Shown: one piece after another, positions 1 through 13,830 of the stretch
Layout of the letters: every line of letters begins with the position of its first letter
How positions within the stretch are numbered: position 1 is the first letter of the stretch
Assembly (NCBI GenBank): GCA_964016885.1
Contig: OZ024746.1
Location: 29,822,001 to 29,886,000 of the forward strand
From: Eledone cirrhosa
Lineage: Eukaryota
DNA: 64,000 bases
Direction: 5' to 3'
Translations under genes and position numbers: made by a program
The notes under the pieces: model-generated
What the model saw: only the letters and a program-made list of their open reading frames with translations
Databases searched by the model: none
Told to the model about the DNA's origin: nothing

Positions 1-61
1 ACATATGCAGTCTAAGCTGGCCTCCTCCAAGGTATATCTCGTTGGAGTTGCCTTGGGTGAT

Positions 62-224
62 TTAATGATAGGGACCTATCATCTCGTTTCTACAGCTGAG
101 TAAACTGGAGCAGCGTGAAAAAAAGTGTGTTGCTCAAGGAAACAACGCATCAACCGGTCTGAGAATGGAACTCACAACCTTTCGATTGCAAGCCCAATGC
201 TCTAACCACTAAGCCATACGCCTT
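62..224 (-). mobile_element. tRNA-derived SINE (second family), head and central part
   Basis: Minus strand reads aaggcgta-TGGCTTAGTGG (A box)...GAGTTCCATTC (B box)...gtttccttgagcaacacac; a related copy lies at ~31340-31485. Confidence 0.7.
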
Positions 225-686
225 CACTGAGCATCATCGCCTTTCAGGTGACATGAGGCAGAATTTGAGCTCAGAAGTCATTGTACTGGACAGATACCGC
301 CAAATATTTAATAATTCTGTATCGCTACCACTAGGCACTGGAACTTTATTAACTAGCCCCGAAATGTTGAAAGGCAAAGCTGTTGATATCGGCTAGATTT
401 GAACTCAGAGTTCAGAGAAATGAACAAATGCCGCAAGAATTCTTGTTCACCGATCAACCAATTCTACAAATCTTCAAACCCCTACACTGGTACTTTTCTT
501 ATTGAACCAGAATGGGTGAGCGGCAAAGTTGACCTCTCCAGGTTTAGAATTCAGGGCCTAGAAAGCCAGGACAAAGCCCTAAATATTTAATCAGACTCTG
601 TGACGACTATGCAAGTTTGCTTGGAGTAGTAGAATCCCTTAAGGAGGAACAGACAAGGAAAACCAGAAATGTGTGTCATTAATTTG

Positions 687-1086
687 AGAACGAAAAGTGA
701 CGTAACTCTATGCTGCAAAGCATGTTGTCCGACGCTCTATCGATACTGTCAACCCCCACCCTATCAAATTAATTGTTTCTACTTTAGGCACAAGGCCAGC
801 AATTACCCAGTGCATTACTGGTACTTTATTTTATCGACCCCCGTAAGGATGAAAGGCAAAGTTAACCTCGGCGGGATTTGCCATTCTGAGTTCAAATCCC
901 GCCGAGGTTAACTTTGCCTTTCATCCTTACGGGGGTCGATAAACTAAAGTACCAGTAATGCACTGGGTAATTGCTGGCCTTGTGCCTAAAGTAGAAACAA
1001 TTAATTTGATAGGGTGGGGGTTGACAGTATCGATAGAGCGTCGGACAACATGCTTTGCAGCATAGAGTTACGTCACTTTTCGTTCT
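687..1086. repeat. Near-perfect 194-bp inverted repeat (12-bp spacer) built from SINE sequence
   Basis: 687-880 is the reverse complement of 893-1086 with one visible mismatch; ORFs 669+ and 892- translate almost identically. Confidence 0.95.
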
Positions 1087-1228
1087 GAGTTCAAAGCCTG
1101 CCGAGGTTCTCTTTGCCCCCATCTTACATGGTCGATAAAATAAAGAACCAGTAATGCACTGGGGTCGATTTAATCGACTTACTCTCCCCCTAAATTATTG
1201 ACATTGTAACTAAATCAGAAACCATAAT
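1013..1228 (+). mobile_element. tRNA-derived SINE (major family)
   Basis: Head ttgacagtatcgatagagcgtcggac, B box GAGTTCAAA, central ttgcc-catc-gtcgataaaataaagaaccag domain and tagaaac-type tail, shared with more than 15 copies in the window. Confidence 0.85.
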
Positions 1229-2530
1229 TTTGATCAGAATTGCTGATACATATAATTTCATCAATCCTTTTGTTGGCCCTTAAATTTTGATGAAAACATA
1301 GGGGCACACCATCGTTACTTAAAGCATGTCTGGGGCACTTAAAATCTAGTGTACTCTTTCCCTCTCCATGCTTCGACACAGCAGATTTATATATAGAAAG
1401 ATATCACGAGAGAAAAGTGGGGAAAATGATATAGATGAAGAATCGATGCAAGTATTGAATAGATGCATTACTTAACGACCTCGAAAAATCGAAAGGCAAT
1501 GTTGACCTCGGCGATGTATGAATGTAGAAAGCAGAAAGACAGTACAAATACTGTAAAGTATTGTATCTGTCCTTTTAACGACACTACCATTTCGCCGCCT
1601 ACATAAATTTCAAACAAAAGAAAAGCATTTAAATTTTTTTTAAATTACGAAATTTACTGTTTAGATTTGCTACAAGGAACATAAATATACAACAATGGTA
1701 TTATTGAATATTTGAAACACAAAATGCAAACTGATTCTGTTCAATATCTTTACATTTGCTTTCAAAAAGTCTATATTTTTACCCGTTGGGTCAACGTCTT
1801 GTACACATGAAAGACAGAAAAAACAATAATCAATTATTGTCATTCAACAATAGAAAGTAATAGAATTAGTGAAGAATTGTGAATAAATGAATGCATTGAG
1901 AAGCCACTTAAAACCAAATAAACACACAAAAATTAAACATTTAATATTTTCACAATATAAAAATTATGAATAATATTAATATTATAATATTCCTCATAGA
2001 GCTACTCGATCGTCAATAAAAAAAATAATAAAATTAAATTAAATTAAAAATTATTAAATAAAACTCATAAAAATTCAATATATTAATTTGGCTATAGAAA
2101 AGGATTAAAATGCTGATAATACATGAAAGAAAATAGTCTATTCAAGCAATCATAAGTCTTTCTTTTGTGAGTGTATTAATCCAATATATTTAAACATATA
2201 TGATTATACTTCTTACGCTAATTGAATCTGAGAGACAGATTAAAATGACGCATTTTAAACGCTTTATTGAATAGAAAAAAGATAAATAGAATTTTAATAG
2301 CAGTCTCTGTTTGAAATGATTACATGGAAATTTAATTATCAACAAAGTGAAAAATGAGATCGTATTCTTTCTTAGAAAATTACTTTATTTTGTTTTGTAT
2401 TTTTTGTTCTACTGAAATGTAATTGAGTGCGCTTCTCGGTCAGAGAAAAATAGATACCACCTCGCAAGATCCGTAATTTGCTAATATTATGATTAAAGCT
2501 AATTAGGAGTCCCGTGTGGTGGAATGGCTG

Positions 2531-2621
2531 ATGCAACGGGTGTCGCTGGCTTTTCTCTGCGGAATAACGTTCACCATCTTATCAACGAGTGTCAGCTGGG
2601 GTATACCACCCATCAAAGAAG
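2531..2621 (+). CDS. Candidate first coding exon of a secreted/membrane protein (signal peptide-like)
   Basis: MQRVSLAFLCGITFTILSTSVSWG-IPPIKE in a unique, relatively GC-rich island; ends at AAG|GTGTAG (phase 1, weak donor). No homology recognised. Confidence 0.35.
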
Positions 2622-3107
2622 GTGTAGATCTTCCACTCACTTCCCTCTTCCCTTTCTTTTTATTATTTCATTTTTTTTTCACGCCTCTTTATTCTCTCTC
2701 TTCCTCTTTATTATTTCAATATTTTAAAAAGTATACACTTTCATTATTATATATTTCATTTCACTAATAATTATATATTTCTTTGAAGAATAAAATCGAA
2801 AACAAAAAATAGTATTCCATTTTCTTAAATATTTTGCTGAATATATTAAACCTATTATTAGTTTGTTATGGGTTACATAATACGTGAGAAGGGTGAATCG
2901 TTGAGCAGAAGGCGATTTCAACCTCAAATCGGTTAAATCAATATATGAAGAGGGTTAATTGGAGAGTAGAAGGTGATTTGAACCTTATATTAGTTAAAAG
3001 TATGACAACATGAGAGGAGAAGCGATATAGGCTTTGGTTTTTCAGCTCAAAAGGACTTAAAAGAAAAACATAAACTAGAAATGTAGTCATCCCAACGCAG
3101 ATGATTA

Positions 3108-3232
3108 TAATTGTTTCTACATTTGGCACAAGGCCAGCAATTACTCAATGCATTACTGGTACTTTATTTTATCGACCCCGAAAGGATGAAAAGGCAAAGT
3201 TAACCTCGGCGAGATTTGAACTCAGAATGGCA
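3108..3232 (-). mobile_element. SINE (major family), 5'-truncated
   Basis: Reverse complement of the consensus from the B box to the tagaaacaatt tail. Confidence 0.85.
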
Positions 3233-3743
3233 GGTAAACGGGATAAATAATATCATTGTTGAAAATATCAAGTTAATGACACTCGGAGATGGAAAAATGT
3301 AATGCTTCTATCCACTTTTTCCTTCTCCAAATCAATTTAATCAATCCTTTCAGTTCTTATTCATAGCTACCGGTCATTACTATGATCATCTGAGTTGGGA
3401 CTGCTACAGTTCAAATTTCTACAATGCTTCTTAAGTCCAGCGGAAATATAAAAAGAAAAATATTTCAGATATACAATTTTTGTTTGAAAATCATTTTTAA
3501 TATCAATTGATAACTCTTCCGGGAAACTGATTTCCGAGTCACTCCTATTGGGAGAGAATATTCTCCTTTTACTTACAGGAGTAAGATGGTGGATTGGCAG
3601 TCATTAAAACGTCGAATTTAATGAGTGTTTCACGATATTTGTTCTGGCTACTGCACCACGCGTTCAAATCCCGCCGAGCTCAACATTGACTTTTATCCTT
3701 TCATGGTGGATTAAGTATTAGTAAAAATCTGGACTCCAGTTGC

Positions 3744-3745
<2 letters not shown>

Positions 3746-3810
<65 letters not shown>
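3746..3810. repeat. (CT)n microsatellite
   Basis: Pure CT dinucleotide run. Confidence 0.95.
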
Positions 3811-3814
<4 letters not shown>

Positions 3815-6017
3815 CTCTTTCTCCCTTTCTTTAAACACGCACACTCTTTCTCTTCTCTCTCACTTCCTCTTCACTCACTGCCTTCGCTCTCTATCTCTTC
3901 GCTTTTTTTCTCTGTTCCGTTCTCTCTCTCTCTCTTTCCCTTCACTCCCTCTCTCACTCAGGGAAAGTAATCGCATATGTACATGCTCGAAGAAAGATGA
4001 ATTCCACTAGGTTTAAATGCCAAAGTTATGCCGTATATCATTACTGCACCCCTACGACTTTACTAGCTTATGACACGCCATAGTCAGGCATAGATTGAAT
4101 GAATGTTTAATATTTTTGTTTTACCTTTTAATGCTGCTACAACCTTTTCAATGACTTCTGACATTAGTAAGAAGGAGAAAAGGATGTATCCAGACATCGA
4201 AGTTATCTTCAAATGAGAGAGGACAATGTCGTAAACAACGAACAAGATGCGTATTCCAACTGAAATTACATGCAAGTGTTGCTGAAAATATCGTAAAAGG
4301 GGCTGAACACTCAACAGACGTGTGTGCATTTAACGTCATTCTCATAAGGTTTACCGTCACTCGTGAATGACAATGCTGTTTTTATTTGTTGTCTAATTAA
4401 AGGTACAGTTCATATGACATATTTCCAAACATTTTTCGTTTACCCAATTTCACTCTAGTGGCTCGGGCTGACCCAAGGCTATGGTAAATAACACTTGACC
4501 AAGATATCAGGCAGCTAGTTGTTGTGAATCAAACTTCTTAACCGTGCGGCCATATTACATCCTCGCGTAATCTTATGTCAGTACACTGTCAGCTATTTTC
4601 AAATATTGAATGCAATCATAAAAAGAAAAGATCAGCACTAGACACAGCTGTATAAAACATGACGAAATAGATTAGAGAAGTTGTCTACGTAGCATGACAT
4701 TAGAGGAGGCCTTAAAAGAACTTGAAGCTTGGGAAACGTACAAGTAGGAAGGTGTGCTGAATACACACCATCGTTACATTAAACAATCAAGACTGGGAAT
4801 AATAAAAGGAAGGGAAGCTATTGTTAAGAGTGAAATCTAATAGACTGTCGTAAGAACGTAAGGCAATAACATCCAGAATAATATCTGGGCTTCTTATTGT
4901 ATGATTTAAATATCATACATATTATAAGGTTGAGTGGGATCTTTGATGGGAAGAGAAAGAGAGAGAGAGGGGGGGAGGAGAAGACGCGAGAAATAGGAGG
5001 AAGGATCAAGGTTAACAGCATTGAATAACAAAAGCGCGTGCACACACACACACACACAAACAAGCGAAGATACACACAGACACGTGCGCACGCGCGCGCA
5101 CACACACACAAACACATAGCTAAATACAAGCACTCAAACACACATGCATAGACACCCATACACATGCATACAACCGCACACCTACGCATACAGGTACGCA
5201 GTTAGATGCACATATATATAAACATAAGCAAACACACACACACACGGAAAGAAATGCATATAGACACACATACACGCATACGTGCAATAAATTATATATA
5301 TATATATATATGGATAAGAATGATATATGTGTATATGTGTATGTAAGAAGCTATAATATATGTGCGTTGGTATGAATGATGGATGTAGGTATATGTGTGT
5401 GTCTGTATGTGTAGGAAACTACAAATGGTGTATCTCCGTGAGAGAGTATGTATTTAATAAACTACATATGCATGGTTATGTATGTGTGTGTGCGTGTGTG
5501 TGTTTACTAAATTATATATGAGTGGTTATGAATGATATATGTATGTATATGTATGTGTGTGAGCGTATGTTCGTGTGTGTGTGTTGAATGTACTCTATAT
5601 GAGTAGTTATGTATGGTGTACAAGGTATGTATTCGTCTATGTATCATTACTTGATATAGGAATGTTGTGCGCAATATTCTCGTCATATAGTCTATATATC
5701 TTTCTTTATCTCAGTCTATTCACATTTCCACCACTGGCATCGATATGATAGACATCTCCATCCCTAATGATGAAAGACATTTAATTAATTATCCACCTCA
5801 AACTTGATAGACATTAATATTCTAACCTCTCACACTGACAGTCGTATCATTAGTAGCTTCTCTCATTTAGGAAAACTGATCTGTTTGGAATACACAGAGA
5901 ACAATTCCTCACAGTTGCACTACGGTTTCTCTCTTCTGATTCTATTTAACTTTTTACTAATGACATCTACGACATTCATAAACACGCGTACTCAGTCACA
6001 CATGATATATATATATG

Positions 6018-6950
6018 TTAGGGTGGCCCTCAGTAATAGGTAATTTTCCGAAAGTTAAAATTGCACTGCTCCCACCCCTAATCCTGTTTCCATTAAGAAA
6101 ACCATTCGGTGTGCAAAACCTCAGCTCAATCGGACAATTGCTAGGCGACCCTCAAACGCCTTGAAGTTTGAACATAGTATGCGCAACGATTAATTCTGTT
6201 CAAAAGCGAGACACTGTTCCCTATCTCGACAAATTTTCTTTTTTCTTTTTAGAGAAATTTATATGGACATAACCAGACAACCCAAGCAAATGTTTTAAAA
6301 TGTTCTGAATCAAATTTATCAATAGATAATTTTAAAAATTCCTGAAATATTAGGTTTTCTATGAGAGAAACCCATTTTTATTTACAACAATAATTTCTAT
6401 AGAATCAAAATCATAATGGGAACACTGAACACTGAATATTGAACATCGGTGGATTGGCAGTATCTATCGGTAGAGGATCGGACACCATGCTTTGACGCAT
6501 AGAGTTACGGCCCTTGCCATTCTGAGTTCAAATCCGCCGAGGTTAACTTTGCCTTTCATCCTTACGGGGTCGATAAAATAAAGTACCAGTAATGCACTGG
6601 GATAATTGCTGGCCTTGCGCTAAAAGTATAAACACTTATGTTTGTATAAGAGAGGATTTAGTAATAGTTTTCGGTAACGATCTGTAAAACAAATTGTTTC
6701 TCAGTTTCATATTTTGAAAGAGTTTGACACCTCTTTCTGAAACATCATTCACAACAACTATCTTCTCAAGTTTTTCAAGTCCACTTTTGTAACCAGGATC
6801 ATCCTTCCATGTTGAAGGGTCTTTGTCGAGGAAATCGGTGCTGATAGAAAATCCCATGAAGAAAGTTTTTGTACCAGGAGTTGCAAAAGACGAAAACTCG
6901 ATGTTTGTAAAGGAAGAAAAGTCATTTTGGTTCAGTTGATTTTTTTCACC
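6018..6950 (-). mobile_element. hAT-superfamily (hATm-like) DNA transposon remnant: terminus plus C-terminal transposase fragment
   Basis: Terminus TAGGGTGGCCC at 6018; ORF 6636..7013- contains FLDKDPSTW...Y...IVVVNDVSERGVKL; interrupted by a SINE. Family assignment is from motif recall only. Confidence 0.55.
6448..6635 (+). mobile_element. SINE (major family) inserted in the DNA transposon remnant
   Basis: Full consensus ggtggattggcagtatc...gagttcaaatcc...taaaagtataaacac. Confidence 0.9.
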
Positions 6951-7285
6951 TTTGTCTGCTTCCAGCATAACTTGAGCAATATTTGCCTTAACCTCTCCTG
7001 GCTCTCTTTGCACTCATTTTCTCGTTGCTCTTCTTTTATCCTTGCTCTCGTTGCTCTCCATTCTCTCTTTTTCTCCTTGCTCCCCTTTTCTCCATGCTCT
7101 CCTTGCTCTCCTTGCTCTCCTTTTCTCATTGCTTTCCTTTTCGCATTGCTCTGCTTGCTTCACTTTTCTCTTTACTCTCCTTTTCTCCTTGTATCTATGT
7201 AGTTGTTTATATACAATTACAACGAGAAAAGGGGAGCAAGGAGAAATATGAAAGCAATGATAGTAAGGAGAGTATATATATACAT

Positions 7286-7326
<41 letters not shown>

Positions 7327-7563
7327 GATCGAGTATCGAAAAATCGGCGCACGAGTTCACGATAAACGAAATTCGATATGAGCGGCAGAGGGCTCAATAA
7401 TTCAGATGAATCAGAGCTATAACTATCGTTAAAATACCGTCACATATAGAACAAGTCTACAATCAACCATACGATTTAAAATCGATAAAGGAAGATTCGG
7501 GCCAAACAGATAAAAAATATCAATAAAACAATACGTCAATAATTTAAATGAATGTAAAATCAT

Positions 7564-7698
7564 ACCCGGACCCACTAGAAAGGTGTTAAATCTAGCTTCA
7601 TGGGTTTCTGTAAATCCTTAGACTGTACTCTATCAGCTCACATATAAATATAAAAGCCTACTAGAGTAAGTGGAACGGAGTTTACGTTATCAACGAGT
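7564..7698 (-). ncRNA. Type I hammerhead ribozyme, U3/A8 core variant, extended stems II and III (copy 1)
   Basis: Minus: ACTCG|TTGATAA|C-GTAAACTCC..TACTCTA..TAGAGTA..GGATTTAC-A|GAAA|CCCA..CTAGA..TCTAG-TGG|GTC^|CGGGT. Confidence 0.8.
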
Positions 7699-8178
7699 TT
7701 TTTCCTGGCGGCAGAGGAGTCAACTAGCGGTGAAAAACGCACATGGCATTAGACAAGGGAGATGACCCCTATATCCGCGAAAACAATTCGAGTGAATGTG
7801 GAAATACACATATCGAATTAGAGTGCTCAATAGACATGTTAAAATAAAACAAAAGCTATTCATCACTCAATAGAATCGACAAAAAATGAGCAATAAAATT
7901 AACTGGTGGATAGCTATGTCCAGAGCTAAATATATTAGAAAGATCGAGTATCGAAAAATCGGCGCACGAGTTCACGATAAACGAAATTCGATATGAGCGG
8001 CAGAGGGCTCAATAATTCAGATGAATCAGAGCTATAACTATCGTTAAAATACCGTCACATATAGAACAAGTCTACAATCAACCATACGATTTAAAATCGA
8101 TAAAGGAAGATTCGGGCCAAACAGATAAAAAATATCAATAAAACAATACGTCAATAATTTAAATGAATGTAAAATCAT

Positions 8179-8313
8179 ACCCGGACCCACTAGAAAGGTG
8201 TTAAATCTAGCTTCATGGGTTTCTGTAAATCCTTAGACTGTACTCTATCAGCTCACATATAAATATAAAAGCCTACTAGAGTAAGTGGAACGGAGTTTAC
8301 GTTATCAACGAGT
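8179..8313 (-). ncRNA. Type I hammerhead ribozyme, U3/A8 variant (copy 2)
   Basis: Same as 7564-7698, shifted by 615. Confidence 0.8.
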
Positions 8314-8793
8314 TTTTTCCTGGCGGCAGAGGAGTCAACTAGCGGTGAAAAACGCACATGGCATTAGACAAGGGAGATGACCCCTATATCCGCGAAAACA
8401 ATTCGAGTGAATGTGGAAATACACATATCGAATTAGAGTGCTCAATAGACATGTTAAAATAAAACAAAAGCTATTCATCACTCAATAGAATCGACAAAAA
8501 ATGAGCAATAAAATTAACTGGTGGATAGCTATGTCCAGAGCTAAATATATTAGAAAGATCGAGTATCGAAAAATCGGCGCACGAGTTCACGATAAACGAA
8601 ATTCGATATGAGCGGCAGAGGGCTCAATAATTCAGATGAATCAGAGCTATAACTATCGTTAAAATACCGTCACATATAGAACAAGTCTACAATCAACCAT
8701 ACGATTTAAAATCGATAAAGGAAGATTCGGGCCAAACAGATAAAAAATATCAATAAAACAATACGTCAATAATTTAAATGAATGTAAAATCAT

Positions 8794-8928
8794 ACCCGGA
8801 CCCACTAGAAAGGTGTTAAATCTAGCTTCATGGGTTTCTGTAAATCCTTAGACTGTACTCTATCAGCTCACATATAAATATAAAAGCCTACTAGAGTAAG
8901 TGGAACGGAGTTTACGTTATCAACGAGT
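8794..8928 (-). ncRNA. Type I hammerhead ribozyme, U3/A8 variant (copy 3)
   Basis: Same as 7564-7698, shifted by 1230. Confidence 0.8.
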
Positions 8929-9060
8929 TTTTTCCTGGCGGCAGAGGAGTCAACTAGCGGTGAAAAACGCACATGGCATTAGACAAGGGAGATGACCCCT
9001 ATATCCGCGAAAACAATTCGAGTGAATGTGGAAATACACATATCGAATTAGAGTGCTCAA

Positions 9061-9662
<602 letters not shown>

Positions 9663-9732
9663 TTCATATATATTACTCAATAACGAGTACTCATCTCTCT
9701 AAGCTGTCAACCATATACGGATATATGTATAT

Positions 9733-9790
9733 TAGTGTGGCCCTTAACAACAGGTAATTTTCCGAAAGTTAAAATGTTGCTGCTCCCACA
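9733..9790. mobile_element. Second terminus fragment of the hAT-like transposon family
   Basis: tagtgtggcccttaacaacaggtaattttccgaaagttaaaatg..ctgctcccac matches 6018-6074. Confidence 0.6.
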
Positions 9791-11169
9791 GCGAAAAATA
9801 AGTGTTTGCCCTATACCTGCGCTCTGTTCCCAGCATTGCAAGTTGTTTCCCCATTATATTTACTAGCAGAAAACCACCTTTCGGGTGGTTTTCTGCTAGC
9901 ATGTGTAGTGTGCATATTGATATTACACGCAGGTAGATATGATACATCAAATAAAAACATACATGTAGATATGATACATCAAATAAAATCGTAATTGACA
10001 ATATATAATACAATATATAATACATGTCTTATTTAATCAGTAACGTAATCATTGATACATTAAAAAAGACGATATTATATATATACTGCATTAGGAGAAA
10101 ATTAGTATGTTTATTTAAGCGGAAGTGTTGACATTTCAGAGATTTTAAAGAAGTGAATCTTTAAACAAACAAAATATATTTAATCAACATCCACGAAATT
10201 TAGTAGATAAATTATGTAATATTCATTCATTATTTATTCAAAGAAATCCAACTTATTTTACAAACGGGATAAACAATTAAAAAAACCGTACGCAATCCCG
10301 CAGACCTTCCTTTATTATAGTTTAGATTGTCACTTATCCTTCTAATACCAAAAATAAGTCTGAACAAATTTTTAATTTAAGAGAAAATTATATAAGAGAT
10401 AAAAAGATGTTTATCAGAAATAATGACTTTCGCCCTGAAAGTCATTATTTCAGATCAAAGTTGACGTGCTGGGATTTGAACCTTGAATGTAGAAAAGTGA
10501 TTGAATCTCAATTGGTGGAATTATAATTAATATTTTTTATATAGAAGATCTTGGTTATTACTGCAGTAATCGCATATGTAAATTTTGTCTTTTTGTATAA
10601 AGTTGAAGGGATCAAGATATTGAATATATGTGTTGATCCCTTCAAACAAGTACACAGCTCCCCCACAAAAAAAGATGGTGTAGGAGGGAACAAAGGAGGG
10701 AAACAAAATGACACAAAAAGTAGTCAATGAGGAGGTCACTGGAGGTGTGACGAAAGAGCTTTGATGACAATCAACAACTAAACAACCATCGGGTTATTAA
10801 ACCTAACCAACTGTGAAGTTATAATAATAAATTGAAACGAAAACCAACTGGTACATGTTTTTTTTTTATTGGGAGTGTGATCCTCCCGAAGTATAACAAT
10901 ATGTTTCAACACAAGTTTTCAGATAAAAATGACGTATATATATATTTATATTCATATGATTGTGTGTGTTGTGCACGGTTAGTTAGCACGAGAGTTTTAT
11001 TCGCAATAACGAGAAACCGGGTCCGGTACTGACGTGTATTATCTTTTATATGTCTCGTTTTCTGTATCACGCCAATATGCAATACCTGTAATTCACGTGG
11101 CCAATCTTGACATTGGTTGTGTCCATGCTGTAATGTCTGTGGAATACTCAGCCATTTACATAGTTAGGT

Positions 11170-11680
11170 TAATCGGAAGAAGAGAGGTAGGTGCAAAAGC
11201 CAAATTTGCTATCTTCAATTCGGTATTCGTGCCAAGCCTTACCTATGGTCATGAATGACCTTGGGTAATGACTGAAGGAATACGATCGCGAATGCAAGGA
11301 GCCGAAATTGGGTTCCTCCGAAGGGTCTTCAAAGTAACGTTACTCGATAGAATGCGTGGCTTGAAGATCAGAGTGTCGCACGAGGTAGCGACTCTACTTC
11401 TCCGAACTGAGAGATCTCAGCTGCGATATTATGGGCATGTGGTTAGAACGTCTCAGGAAAGAATCGGTGGACAGATTTTACGGGCAAAGCCAACCGGCGG
11501 GAGACACAGGCGTAGACCCTGTGCAAGATGGTTGGATAAAATCCATGACCTTGTCTGGTCTCACTTAGGGATCTAGTCGTATCACTTGGAGACGGTTGAT
11601 TCTGACAGGATCCGCTGTTTGGCGTATTTCAAGACTCTGCCCCCCCCCCCCACCTCTCAGGAATAAGTGGGCGAATAAGT
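11170..11680 (+). mobile_element. RTE-clade LINE 3' fragment (degenerate)
   Basis: AKFAIFNSVFVPSLTYGHE*..MTEGIRSRMQGAEIGFLRR..RSQLRYYGHVVR..GRHRRRPCARWLDKI. Confidence 0.85.
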
Positions 11681-12002
11681 ATAATCGAAGACCTAGAATA
11701 CTCATTGTGGAATTCCATACCCTTGCATTTGTTTTATATATATATATATATCAGCGAAACGCAACGATATATGATATTTATTCTAGTCACTACGTTCAAA
11801 TCAACACATATATATGCATATGTGCGTGTACACACACAAACACACACAGAGATATGTGTGTGTGTGTATGTGAGTGTGTGTGTGGGGCGGGGTGCATGTG
11901 CATATATATCATATGCATATATATCTCTACAAATATACATATATACATATATATATTTTTATATATACATATATATATTTTTATATATATATTTATATAT
12001 AC

Positions 12003-12034
<32 letters not shown>

Positions 12035-12587
12035 ATATGTATATTTGTAGAGCGAGAGAAAGGGTGAATTCTATACTTTCATTCTCTGACAACCTCGATT
12101 ACCTTTTATATTCCCCGTCAACCAAACATTCTAGAAAACTAGAAATCCAAAGAAAACAAAACAGACTTCCATTATTTGACACATTTACTCGGGATAAATT
12201 GCTGGATTTATTTCTATTCATGGGAGAATTCACTGTATTTTTCCACAGAAGTGGAATGGATAGAAAACCAATTTCTCTCTTAATATTCTATATTAGGGAT
12301 TTTAAAACAGAAAACTATTGATCTCTAGTCTTTTTTTTGTACCCCTGGTAGTAGATTCCTCACTACAGAGAGGGAACCTTCTTGTATTTGTATTATTTAT
12401 GGGTTTTATCTGTATGTATGGATGGATAGATTGACGGATTTGTTGAAAACAGGAAGACATTTTAATTTTTCTTGACTTTTCAACATTATCATGTTGTCCT
12501 TACTCTTTCTTTCCTTCTCTGTATCTTTATCTCTCTACCCCTTTCTCGCTCTCTGTTCCTCCCTCTAGCCCTTTCCCTCTATTTCAG

Positions 12588-12632
12588 TGACTGAGGTCAA
12601 TTTGCTACTCTGCAGCCTGAATCCTTTGAATG
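12588..12632 (+). CDS. Candidate 45-nt internal exon (phase 1/1)
   Basis: Long polypyrimidine tract ending atttcag|, reads (V)TEVNLLLCSLNPLN, donor G|GTAGTT; phase-compatible with 2531-2621. Confidence 0.3.
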
Positions 12633-13604
12633 GTAGTTATGTAAATATTGGCATGAATTCTCTCTATTTCATTCTTTCTTTCTGTCTTTCTTTCTTTTTC
12701 GCCCTTTCTCCTCTCTTTCTTGTCCGGTACCTCTCTCTCTCTCTATCTCTGTTTCTCCCTCCCTCACCATCACTTTCTTCCCCTTCGCCTCTCTATCTCT
12801 CTGTAGTGATGAAACTATTGTTCGAGCCGCGATGTAAAAACTCCTATCTTACACTTTTGCAACAGATGATTCCGAGAAATGAGATGGGGGGAGGAGAAAT
12901 AGACCCCAGAGCATAACTGGTACTATATTTATCGACAAAGAAATGTATATAAAGTAAAGGGCCATGAAATTCTGTTCACACCATGTCGTATATTGGACCA
13001 TTTAACCCTGGCAGAACCCCCCCCCCCCCCTATTTACAGATCGTAACACAGCTGATTTCTTCCAGGGAAATTGTATTAGAGAAGGAGAGAGAGTGAAAGA
13101 GAAAGAGAGAACTAATCCCAGTAATGGATTCGTACTTTATATACGGAACTCAAGAGAATGACTGTCAAAGTGAGTCGGAATGATTAGCGCAAAGTATTTT
13201 ATCCAATACTCTTCCGAATCTGCCGAATCCCCGCCTTTGTTAGTCAATGAAGTGATCAGATTGTTAACAAATGCTTTTGTGAGTCAATCTCCAAGTCTTC
13301 AGATATTACGAAGGTATAGATTTTCTATAATTTTAATAACATTAGAGTTGTGGCTTGGCGATAATTAGTTGATGAAATCGATAATATTGTCGCATCTAAC
13401 TTTTCTCCAACCGATTACCAATATTGAAAATGGCTGTTTACCTGACTCTGTTGACTTTGTCATGTGACCTGTTTTTTTCCATGGAATCTATGACACATGT
13501 GTTGAACTTATATAAAAGTTGATTTCCATACGTCTTTATTGCCATCAACCGAAATACACTGAGACGATTTACAAAGAAAGAAAGAAGCTATTCAACAGAT
13601 CGAA

Positions 13605-13830
13605 CCAAGGAAACAATATTTCTCTTGCTCTTTCCTTTGCTGGTACTTTCTACCGGTCGCAACACCTGACACAAGTTTCGATCAAGTTCCCATTGGTCTT
13701 TCCATTGCTGAGGCTATCTGCCGGTCACAAAACCAGGCAGAAGAAAGGAGCTGGACGTTATTTCAGATAAAGTTCCTATTGGTCTTTCTATACTAATATG
13801 TCGGTCGTAGCACCTGGAATCAGATACTGC
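13605..13830 (+). repeat. Degenerate ~85-bp dispersed minisatellite
   Basis: Core ttccattggtctttccattgctga..ctatctg repeated here, at ~42055-42215 (+) and at ~56690-56960 (-). Confidence 0.6.

Noticed and set aside
6932-7270. Collagen-like GEQGEQGEHGEKG ORF
   Set aside because: Degenerate 9-bp ttgctctcc tandem repeat; short, with no splice or gene context.
10982-11033. HHR-like relic (GAAACCGGGTCCGGTA with possible stems I and II)
   Set aside because: The core reads CACGAGA; too degenerate to call.
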